Source of the DNA: Lingula anatina
Taxonomy: Eukaryota > Animalia > Brachiopoda
Length of the DNA: 64,000 nucleotides
Assembly (NCBI GenBank): GCA_051362555.1
Contig: CM120643.1
Span: 14,482,644 to 14,546,643 of the forward strand
Reading direction: 5' to 3'
Both the position numbers and the translations under genes were made by a program. Positions 1-26,122 of the stretch are shown one piece after another. The notes beneath the pieces are model-generated. The model saw only the letters and a program-made list of their open reading frames with translations, did no database searches and had not been told where the DNA came from. Every line of letters begins with the position of its first letter. Position 1 is the first letter of the stretch.

Positions 1-249
1 CTATAAGCAGAAAATTGCCAACAGGCACCGAGATCTTCCCACTCATGTACACAAGACAAGCGTGAGGTTCACATCGTCCGATAACTAATTTCGAAATGAG
101 TCTGGTAAAAACTTGTAGCTGAAGTTACTAGTGGATAAACTCTTGATTAATACTTTGATGATATATTTCGTTGTATATACAAGAAAATGGAAGATGGGTA
201 CGATTTAATTTTCACCTTTGCAACACAGACCTGATTTTGTTATGGCCGA

Positions 250-297
250 CCGGAAAAGGGCGAACAATGCATTCTGGGAGATGAATGAACTTCCGGT
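250..297. promoter_or_regulatory. Housekeeping-type promoter upstream of LARS2 (ZNF143/Staf site flanked by two ETS sites)
   Basis: CAATGCATTCTGGGAG at 265-280 is the reverse complement of CTCCCAGAATGCATTG, matching the ZNF143/Staf motif. CCGGAA at 250-255 and ACTTCCGGT at 289-297 are opposed ETS/GABP cores. The region is locally GC/CpG-rich and has no TATA box. Confidence 0.6.
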
Positions 298-368
298 AAG
301 ATGTCTGCGCCCAGGGGCGCGAGAATGAAAAGTGATTTTTCATTACTTATTCGTTAATTTCGTCAGTG
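298..368 (+). other. LARS2: Probable non-coding first exon of LARS2 (contains a short uORF)
   Basis: Follows the promoter motifs and ends at a strong donor GTG|GTAAGT (368|369). The next acceptor is polypyrimidine-CAG| at 1071|1072. ATG at 301 opens an 18-codon ORF stopping at TAA 355-357. The start coordinate is approximate. Confidence 0.5.
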
Positions 369-1110
369 GTAAGTAAATTTAATTAAACATATGCAAAAGA
401 TAATTAGACAAAGTATTCCAACACCATAAAACAGGTTTTTGTTGCTTAATTTCGGAAATTGATAGAGTAAAACTGTTGTAAAATAAGTCGTGTTCTAGTC
501 AGTCTTCCACAAGTCTTCAGCTCTTTGAGATTATCAAGGATAACACCTCTAGTACGCTGGCAAATGCAGGATTATACAGTATGTGAGTTTGTGCGCGTGC
601 GTGTTCGTGTGTGTGTATGATGGAGCAGAATACCTTACACTGAGGCAAGGGCAACTTAAATTATGTTAAGTAGGAGCAGCGAATATTTTCAAAGCCAATT
701 GAAAGTACTAAAATTACATTATTTATGCAGTGCACTGCTAGAATTATAAATAAATAATAATAATAATATTTATTTTGAGTCAAAAACCCACATTTGTTCA
801 GTAGACTTTACTATAAAACGCAAAAGAAATAATATAAAGACTAGTAAAAAATTGATTAAAAAAGGAAAATTAAATGAAACAATGTAGAAATTGAAAGTGC
901 TTTACAAATGCTATATTTAGTGCTATATAATATGATAAATTTAAAGAAAATCTGAATGACAATACCATAGCCTCTTCCTGCTTTTACACTTTTCAAAATT
1001 ATTTTATTTTTAAGTTCATTAAATTTTAGAAGTATTTCATATTTTTTCTTTTTTTTTTGTTTTACCCACAGTCAAATAAATACACTGAGATCTATGACAT
1101 TCATTGCAGC

Positions 1111-16371
<15,261 letters not shown>

Positions 16372-17197
16372 TGAAAGATAAAACTGGACCTTTTTGTTCT
16401 TTGTACCAAGACAATTTTCTTTTTTTTTTTTTTTTAATGTTACTGAGATCTAATGATCTTCAACATTTAGGGAAAAAATAAAAATTATCGTATAAAATTG
16501 ATTTCCTTTTTATGATTGACCGGCTTTTGGGTATGTTGTGAGTTTTGTGACTTTAAAATGTAAAGAGTATTTTATAAAACGAATTACTTAATATATACTG
16601 TTAAATACAGTAAAACATCAATTATTTTAAAATCTATGACGAATTTTGTTATGACGGCGGCATTTAAATAAACACAATGAAAAATACCTTAAATAAAAAC
16701 ATACAAGTTTAATTTCCCATATGATTTGTACATTTATGAAGAAACGAACACACAGGTAATCAAAGCCAGTCTGCTCTATTTAAAAAGATACCCGGCTTGA
16801 TCTCGAAATGTGTTTAATTAAAGCTCACAAGAAACGTGAAACGATTGTGCAAATGATCACGAACAAATTTGCATCTAAGACTGACTAATTAAAGCTAGTA
16901 AGTTTCACATGGTTTTAAAGACTATCATGTAATGAACGTTACCGCGTCCCTTAATAAATAAAGCTTTGGATACCCGTGGTTAATGCTTCCAGGACTTGAT
17001 AGAAGCCTTTTTTCTGAGAGATTGAATCTCGCGCAGCGAGAGGGAGAATAGCGTGTCTCTGTCAAATTCACCAAATTCAACAAGTGTTTTTTTTTTCTAT
17101 ATATCATAGTCAAATATTTCCGCACGCTTAATGTCATCCCTCGGCCAGATGTGCCATTGAAGTCTGTATTAAGTAAAAGTTTTTAAGGGTTTTAGGT

Positions 17198-20100
17198 TTA
17201 CATATTTTTGGCCATGGAGTAAAAATCTCCGTAGTATCTCGCAGCGTTGTTACCGCAACCGTTTTCCACGGTGCTGACGTAGTACTGATGGGCACCATCG
17301 CCGCTGTTTCCATGGCAACACAACTGGGTGCCATATTTGTACACGTTGCCATCGCAACAGCCACTGGCGAAGCCGATGTACTGGGAGGTGCCGCAGACTG
17401 GGGCGAAGAAGTTGTCTCGATCGCCTGGGCTGAGTTTGTACTGGGTGCCACCCATGGCGAAGTCACGGTAGAAAGCTTCATTGTAAAGCTGTGTGTAGGC
17501 GTTGCTGTCGATATTGTAGAGTTGGACGCCATCGCAGACCATGTCGCCTATGTGGTAGATGGTGGTTCCGCCGCAGCACTCAAATCTGAAGAAAAGGCAT
17601 TTTAAATTTTACATATTACACAGAGGAAATGTTTTCAAAGTTTCGACTTTACAATATTAATGTTACCAACCCACTCATTGATAGTTTTTCAACAATTTAC
17701 GATACGTGAAGCAAGCATTAATAACACTTTAATACACCTAATTCATATTTAGCTGCGCTCAAGCATTTATGAGGCAAAATGACTGGGACTACTATGGATG
17801 ATAAGACGGTTTGTGTGAAACTGATATTCGGAGCGATATAAAATGTATTCGTAAAATGAATTGACACTCTTCCACTTTCTTAACGTCATTAACCCATGAT
17901 ACATTTTTCAAACCCGTTAATATAAACTGACCCCCATGAATCAGACGACTTATGCACTCATCAACCCGTAATGTGTATTGACCCGCCTCCCCCCCCCCCC
18001 CAAACCCCATTCCCAAATTTGCTATTGACAAAATTTATCAGTCGTTATTTAAACGATAAACAATGAACCCACCCACGCCTTACACACACCCTTTACCCAC
18101 GTCAAGCACCGGTACTCACCCATCATAAGAATACACACTGCCGCCGCAGCAACCCTGTGTCTTGTGGTCGTAGAAGTTACCCGAGCAGGAGGCCTGGTAG
18201 ACGGGAGAGTATTCCTGAAGAGCGCCGTTCACGCACTGCTGGTTGGCCTTGGCGTAGACGCCGTAGCCTGGGCAGCATTTGTGAGTGCCGTAAACGTATG
18301 TGGTGCCGTCACAGCAGCCCTGGTAGCGGGGGTCGTAGTAAAAGTTGCCGCAGCTGGAATGGAGGGGAAATTACGGTGTATTTTCCCTGGATCATCTTGT
18401 GTTATGTAAATGATCGTTGCTATATTTTCCAGTGCGATCTCTAATATTTTATATTACTTTTACCTAAGTAGCGGCCAAGTTCTTAAATATATCTTGTGAG
18501 TAATATTGAAACTTATAAATGAATAAATTTAAGAACTCATAATTGCAACTTACATAGTTTTAATATCCCACAAACAACACAGACGACGTACATTCCCTTA
18601 TTGCTTAGTCTATGGCTAAAGATAGGTAATGTAATAAATTCAACATCAAATAAATATTAGGGGCTATTACCATATAGAAATCTTAGATTTGGAGTTACGA
18701 TAATGGTTAAATCACCCCACCCTACCAGTCAATTGTCTCTGTACAGATATCTTACCTTTTTCTAAATCCGTGACTGAGATAGCCGACCACGAGGGGGGCG
18801 GCGTCGGCTCCAGCGTTATCGTAGTAGAAACCATCGGCGCTGAATCCGAAGTCGCTGTCCAATTTGGGGTCGGAGCCCTGAACTACGGCTGGGGCGTTGT
18901 TGACGGTCTGAGACACCACGGCCCCTACTGGCTGCCCAGCCCCAATACCGCTGACGTACATGCCGGGCCCTTGGTTGCCGACATTGCTGGTGTACATACC
19001 GGGCCCTTGGTTGACGACATTGTTGGTGTACATGCCTGGTCCTTGGTTTACAACGGCAGGTCCGGCGTCTTCGTCTGGTTTTTGATCACCCTCATCTACG
19101 GCGGCCTGGCGTGCGCCCGGCACAACGGCTCCGTCAGGTACGAAGCGAGCGGGCTGCTGCTGACCGACCAGACCCTGTCCGTAAACGGAAGCAGTGGGAA
19201 GTTGACCTGGTGCTGGGCCGTAGACGCCGGCGTTGATGGCGGTGCGCAATAGATTGGAGTACACGGGGCTGTTCGCAATGGCGCCTCTGAGGAGAGGAGC
19301 GCCCCCTCTCAGGAGGGACCCGACGTTGGGCATGGCTGGCAAGTTGATAGCTCCGGTATTGCCAGTGTACTGGAGGGCGTTGTTGGGGAAGAGGCCAAGT
19401 TGAGTGTTGTAAAGAGGGGTGGGGCCGCTTCTGGCTGGGCTGCTTGGAGCAGTAGCGCCTGTGTAGACAGGGACAGGGGAGGGTCCGCCCGCAGTTGCCT
19501 GAGAGGTGGAGTCGTAGGCATTGGTGTTGCTTGCAGTACCAGAGTACACTGGGGGTCTGTAGTTGCTGATCGTGCTGTCCCCGTACACTGTGCTAGTAGC
19601 GCCAGAAGGAGGTGGCCTGTTCACGTTGGAGTACACTGGGGGTCTGTAGTTGATGCTAGTGCCGTCTCCGTACACTGTGCTAGTAGTGCCGTAGGTAGGT
19701 GGCCTGTACACGTTGGCGTTCCCAACAGTTGGGTTTCCTTGGTATGCGCCGTCAAGGGGCAGAGGATCACTGGGTTCGGCGGGCACTTCGAAGGACCTGG
19801 CGTCTGTTGAGACTGCTCCTTCGTCCACGGACGGACCGCTGCGGTCGCTGAATCTGGTAGTGGAAGAATACACGGAGGTGACGCCGTTGGTGGAGGAATA
19901 AGTGGTTGGACGGCTGCTTGCGACTGGGGAACGGTAGACGGAGGTGCCGGTGTCTCCCGCAGGGATGGTGCTCACCAGGCTGCCGCTAGGGTCGTAGACC
20001 TCGGTAGGTATGTTGTCGAGATTAAGGCCGTAGCTAGTGCCGACGTCACCGTAGGTCGCTCCCAGGTTGTTTCCAAGCCCGCCGCTGTAGAAGCTGTCAC

Positions 20101-20626
20101 CAAGGCCGACGTCTCCGCCGTAGAAACCGCTAGTGTCACCGCCGTAAATGCCAGCGTCGCCGCCGTAAATGCCAGCGTCACCGCTGTAAATACCAGCGTC
20201 TCCGCCGTAAACGCCGACATCTCCATATAATTTACCACCGTAAAGGGAACCGACGCCAGTACCGTAAGTGCCAGCGCCGTAGCTGAAAGCAGGGCTGGTG
20301 TACGCTGGACCACCGTAAGCAGGGGTTACACCGAAGCCATAACCCCCAGGGCGTGGGACACCGAAATTAAAACTGGCTGGAGAGGCGAGGTTAGCGTTAA
20401 GACCTGGCATACGAATGCCAGCAGCGGAGAAAAAGCGACTCAGGCCGCTGTTATCGAGGTAGTTTGGGTACCCACCCGCAACACCGCCGGCAGCGATGCC
20501 TGAGAGCCCGTGGTTGTACAGGCCAGCCCCATATCCTCCGTACCCTGAGTTTCCTATGTGCAAGCTGTATACTCTGTCTAAGACGGCCAACGCAAGGCAC
20601 AGCGTTAAGGTGAGTCTGAAGGCCAT
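17198..20626 (-). CDS. Cluster gene A: secreted Gly/Tyr/Pro-rich protein with three C-terminal galaxin-like di-Cys modules (~830 aa)
   Basis: complement join(20626-18756,18353-18120,17585-17198) = 2493 nt. GT-AG introns, both phase 2. Signal peptide MAFRLTLTLCLALAVLDRVYS. Repeats GGDAGIY, YRPP and NQGPGMY. Cys region begins CGNFYYDPRYQGCCDGTTYVYGTHKCCPG. Exon 2 is absent from the ORF track. Confidence 0.88.
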
Positions 20627-20707
20627 GTTGTTACGTAAAGACTGCCTTGTCCCCTACCTGCAGTCACAGACTTGTTCGGCGGTCCCTAGCAAAGAACCTT
20701 GATCTAC

Positions 20708-20740
20708 GAATGACTAAGTTTCCTTCAAGGCCCTTATATA
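20708..20740 (-). promoter_or_regulatory. TATA box plus initiator of gene A
   Basis: Minus-strand TATATAAG (20740-20733) with TCATTC (20713-20708) about 29 nt downstream, ~85 nt before the ATG. Confidence 0.65.
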
Positions 20741-21269
20741 TGACATATTTTCAATAATTATACCGTGTGAGTGACAGAGAGTGGACTCATTCCATATTGA
20801 AATCATCCCCACCGTGGTTAATTTAATGCGCCATAAAATAACGGGTCTGCCTAGCATCGTTAATGTAGATTAATGTGAAATATGCATTTAAGGAGGACGT
20901 TGATTACAATCTACGGGGGGGAGACCCGCATCGACAGCTGCTTAACGGGCTATCAAGGGATCTATCAGGAAGGAACGCTCCCCCTTTGACTGAAGTAAGC
21001 CTGTGCTTCCTTGGGAATGGACAGCGAGTTTCTTTTAATTAGAGGTGTTTATTGCCTCATATGCAGCTCACGACACGCACAGATACGTGTTGATATGAGG
21101 CTTACAAGATATTGTCAGAATTGAATTATACGAATTTTGGTCTTGACAAACGAGGAATGTAAAATTTTAAGGAGGGTCAAGGGAGTGCCGTACAATGAAA
21201 TTGCTATTGGTCGTTCTTTGATTAATCTTTTGATGAATTACGCACTTAGTGATTATATCCAAGTGTGCT

Positions 21270-21271
21270 TT

Positions 21272-21313
<42 letters not shown>
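21270..21313. repeat. (TTTA)n microsatellite
   Basis: Directly visible. Confidence 0.85.
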
Positions 21314-21314
<1 letters not shown>

Positions 21315-24307
21315 CGGTAAATAAAGATCTGAACAATCCGAACAAATCTTGTCATTTGCAAAAGTATTTGGACGCATCTTGTGCGGAATGCTTTCTTCAC
21401 TGCGAAACGCACCGTTGTAGCCTTTCAGCTTATTTATTTGTATTTCTATTTTTATTCATTTATTTATTGCACAAGTGCACCGTCACTCTTATATTGGGAA
21501 TACAATGTATGCATCAAGGTATAAATAAACCCAGATGCGCGTACCTCATAAGTGTATATTTTCCACATATTCCATTTGATCCGTTATTTTTTGATAGATT
21601 TTACCATTTCAGTTTGTATCATACCGTTTTCATCGTTATTCTAATACATCCCCGATAAAAAGATCGCCCATAGATAATAGCTGTGTTATATTAACGTGCA
21701 GTGCTAAGATTAATTGTATAATTTAGTTTTTGATTAGGTCTTGGTGAGCAAAGATTAAGGTGAGACTACTCTCATTTACATGTTCCAGATTGATAACGTA
21801 GATTCTTTGGCAAATAAAACCTTCACAAACCGTGTGAATTTGACGTTGAAAAATTGAAATCATTCCGAGTTATCCGTCGTAATTTGCCAGTATTGACAGC
21901 TTAAAAAGTGTGTTCAATGTTTTTTTTTCTTCTTTTCTGTCAAGATAGAGCAAGTCCCGTAATCGATAAAGGTTATATACAATTTAGATATACCACATTG
22001 TGAATATCTTAATTAGTTTTTGTCATATTTAGGATACTTTTATATTTTATTATTAGATAAGAAATATTTAAAATTAATAGTGTCTTTTTTCAGTTTTATA
22101 ATAAAAAAAAATTTAGAATATTTCCTTTCTACTGATTACTTGTAAATGTAACCGCCCTTAAGCACAGCCCGGTTTTCGTATTGTCAGTAGCTTTAAAACT
22201 GAGCGATTTTGACGTTGAAAATTCCATAATCTGTGTGTGTAAATAAAATAAAGACGCAAAAATATATTAAATGTACTGAGAAAGATACCCACTTACGCAT
22301 GGATAGCTCATGAATAAGAGCCTGGGAAGAGCTTACATATCATTTCTCATAGAAGGAAATGGGTGCATTTTCATATATTAATATATGAATTTTCATATGT
22401 ATGCACACGAAAAAGTTATATAAGGAAATTTAAAAAGACACGGTTAGTAGTGCAAAAGCGTGAGAATGGGAGTGCGCGCGGAACTTAATGGAGAACATTA
22501 ACTTGATTAAGAGAACTTTCTTGATTAGACCTGATGAAGGGGTCGCGTCACGTTATCATATCTGTAAAGCTATGCATCAATGCGATTTACTCTGGAGTCT
22601 TTCACTTAAAATGAGAAAAACAGCGGACAAAAATTGTTTCTCGTGGAAATATTTACCTATCACTTTCAGTGCCAAAACCATTTGCCAAGTAATTAAAATA
22701 TCAATATTTTTTTTAGACTTTTTTGTTCTTTGCAATTAGTTACTTTAAAACTTGCGTTGATTATCTTTGAAACTATTATTTTTCAACAAGCGTTGGTTTT
22801 ACTTTATAAAATAGCTGACATTGACTTATCAATTCACAGTTTTAAAGCATGCAGCAATTTGCGTTGTTTGCAAATGTGGCCTTAAATTGGTACAATATAT
22901 TCGCTCGGTCTATTTATACATAAAAAACCTCGTTTATATAAAACGGCCGAGAGGACTCGAGTCACCTTTGGTTTGGGGTCACCTAGCACATGATGACCAC
23001 TTTAAAGGAGTTTTGGGCGGTTTTATCTCAAAGTGACCACTTACAACACGACGATGAGTCACTGAAATTGAGGAAATGGTTTATTATTGCTTGTGTGATG
23101 TTTTAAAGTACACCGAAGTTTACGCACATGAAACCTACTATCCATCATCTTGTGGGTTTGTAAATTCTTTGGCGCATGCAGGTAACGGTCTAAATTTTCT
23201 GTTGTCAAAAATTATGTTTTCTGATTGATTCCCGAAAATAATATACATGTATGTCTACTCGTTTCTCAAAATTTAAAAGGATACTCATACTTCACACTAC
23301 CTTGAAATTTTGATGGATTGATTTTTTTCTGTAACCAATTAAAAACACGAATTTCATAAATTGTAGAATGGGCAATAAATGAATAAATAATGAATGACTG
23401 CATGAATAAATATGAAAATATAGTAAATATGTAAGTACACAGATGAATGTACAAACCATAGGGTTTTCCAGAATGGGAATTTGCATTGTAATGAGAAAAT
23501 GGCGTGCACGTTTCTGCCGTTATGAACAGATCTTGTCGAGATCACCTTGCACGGTTCGCGATAGCGTAACAGGACTGTCCTTTGTTTTGTAACACTTCAA
23601 AAGCGTTGCAACAATTCATTAGGGAGGTCTTATCTACGGGAAAGCACTAACTGAAAAAAACTGCTATGACCAGATAGGCAAATGCAATCACTGAATATTG
23701 CATGCACGCACACACTCTACTGCACGCACACGTACACGTGCAAAGGTGCCCCGTTACTTATAGCACTCTTTTTATTTTTAGTTTTTTAAATTATTATTAT
23801 TATCATTTTTAAACTGGTCCTTGTTTGCCGTTTAACCTTATATTTGAGGGTTTATTTATATTTAAAGATGATTTGAAAAATGTATAGAAATGTTCCAGCG
23901 AATAATATATCTCACCTCAAAAAGTACTACAAAATGTCACTTCAATTGGGTAAAAGTATTAGAGTTACAGCAACTGAATATATATTATTAAAAGTACCAT
24001 AGCGAAATGATAACTACAGAAGATATTAATTTCATACAAAATGAGACGTATTTGGTGGCAAGCACGTAGATATGAAGTGTTGAACGTAAGCGAAAGGTTG
24101 GTGGCATAATACGAATTTTGATCATATTTTTTATACTATAAAATAGTCTGCCCCGCCCCCCATATCGTACGACCCCCCCCCCCCCTCCCCTGTGTGATCT
24201 GGTATTGCGTTGCATATAGGTGCATTTAACATTTTCCGGTGTTTTGAGCTTTAGAAATATACTTCCATAATGCTTATACCGAATGCACCTTTATCCGTCG
24301 ACAATAG

Positions 24308-24474
24308 CAGGGGCGGATTGAGGTTGTCTTCTGGAAGGCAGTCAGATTTTCAAGTTTACATTGACGGGTATCTAATTTTTTTTCTGTTGGAAGACGGTCA
24401 AAACTGGAGGATGGATCAACAAAGATACTTGTTATTTGGAAGACTGTTAGAAAATAGCTCTGTATCCACCCCTG
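24308..24474 (-). mobile_element. MITE family 1, copy 2
   Basis: CAGGGGCGGATT ... ATCCACCCCTG, reverse orientation relative to the 8561 copy. Flanked by AATAG on both sides (possible TSD). Confidence 0.85.
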
Positions 24475-24823
24475 AATAGCTATACTGTATATCGATTCAT
24501 TGTTGATAGTAGACGACACAAAGTTACCAAAACGAATTAAAATTAAAGACAAGAGAGCGACATGCAAATTTGTATTATTACATCGGAGAACACTTTGACT
24601 GCTGCAAAGTTCAACAATTGAACTTTTCGAATGATAATATTTTGCATAAATTATCAAAAGCTTTTCAGGTTAATCTATCTTTGTCTATCGAAGCCATGTA
24701 ATTAGTTAATTAAATGAATCGGTTAAATAGATGGGACGGCAAGAATATTATATAAATTGCCAAGATTCGTTGTAATCGGACAGATTATCGGAAAAAAATT
24801 ATTTGCATTATGCTATTTCGGAG

Positions 24824-24826
<3 letters not shown>

Positions 24827-24857
<31 letters not shown>
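24827..24857. repeat. (AG)n microsatellite
   Basis: Directly visible. Confidence 0.9.
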
Positions 24858-24860
<3 letters not shown>

Positions 24861-25087
24861 TTGAACATTTTCAAGACCTATTTGAAATTTGATATATTTG
24901 ATTGCTATTCGTGACAACTTATTTTACTTGATATTATTTTGCCAGGTGATAAAAAAACAAACGAAGAATACAAACCGAAGATGATTTAATCACATTTAAT
25001 AATAACACCTTTGAAATACATAAATAATACTGAAAAGAATTATACAGATATACTAAAGATGAGAATTAAAGCTGGTTTTAATTTACA

Positions 25088-25193
25088 CACATTTATCATT
25101 CCAGAGTCGGAGAAAAATAGCTTGACACTATTAATTAACACACATTTCTCATTCCAGAGTCGGAGAAAAATAGCTTGACACTATTAATTAACA
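25088..25193. repeat. ~53-bp near-perfect tandem duplication
   Basis: acacattt(a/c)tcattccagagtcggagaaaaatagcttgacactattaattaac occurs twice. Confidence 0.85.
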
Positions 25194-26122
25194 ACTACTC
25201 TTTATATGTGGTTGATTCTCATACAAGAATACAGTTATGCAATTTACTATTTCGGGCCTTGCTTTAGTTTTTTTTTCTCACACTCGTCAGACGAGTCAGG
25301 GAAGCAACGAAGTCAGCGGCATAAAACTTTCATTGTACAGTTCATTATCGCATACTTCAACAAGGACAGCGGCTTAGTGTGTAATTATAAGTACAGTCCA
25401 AGATAATTATTCTGCGATTAAGTAGAGACACGAAACGCAAATTATTCGAAATTTCTTATCTTTTTTTTTCTGCTCACAGGACCTTTCGTGCAGTATTACA
25501 ACCATGAAATTACATGCCATGTTTATGTTGGATTGTGGCACATAACACAGAGAAGAGAAAAAGCTATTCTCCATAGATGGGAGCTGTAGACGGGCTTTGA
25601 CTTTCCAAATGAATTATAATAATAGTAGATGCCATTACGCAAACTGGAAAATGAATTAAAATCTGCGAAAGGCCCCATGGGCAGAAAATTCGCTGTGTTA
25701 AGCAAAGGACTTTTTAACAATTGGAAATTGAAACTACAATTCAATAAGAACAGAGAGTTGAAATTACAATATCTTTAATATTAACAGATGCCTCCTTATA
25801 ATTCCAAGTCCAGTTTGAGTAGTGAGTTCGGTCGATCCACGATTCAACTCATCATTCGATCCTATACTTCGTTTATAAACAGTGCGGCACAGGGCGACGA
25901 TTCAGGTGCGCCTTGCCACTTGGCTCATATCATAAATCACACTAGGGAAGCTGCTTTTTAAGAAAAAAAAATCCTACAGAAATACATCAAAATTGTTTTG
26001 TTTAATGGACAAGAAGCAGTCTTCCCTATCACCTTTATACAGATAACTTTCATGCATCACCATCAGAGCCGCTCATTCCTATACCTTTGTAGTTTTATTT
26101 TCATCTCTTTTCTATCTCAAGT

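Noticed and set aside
301-357. ATG at 301 as the LARS2 start codon
   Set aside because: In-frame TAA at 355-357 precedes the donor. The ATG at 1111 gives a continuous transit peptide and enzyme.
17134-20702. Many overlapping short ORFs on both strands over gene A, and likewise over genes B and E
   Set aside because: Expected shadows of GC-rich coding exons, with no independent motifs.
21137-21658. 173-aa ORF and other short AT-rich intergenic or intronic ORFs
   Set aside because: They run through microsatellites or MITEs, are Phe/Ile/Leu-biased as expected from AT-rich noise, and have no recognisable motifs.
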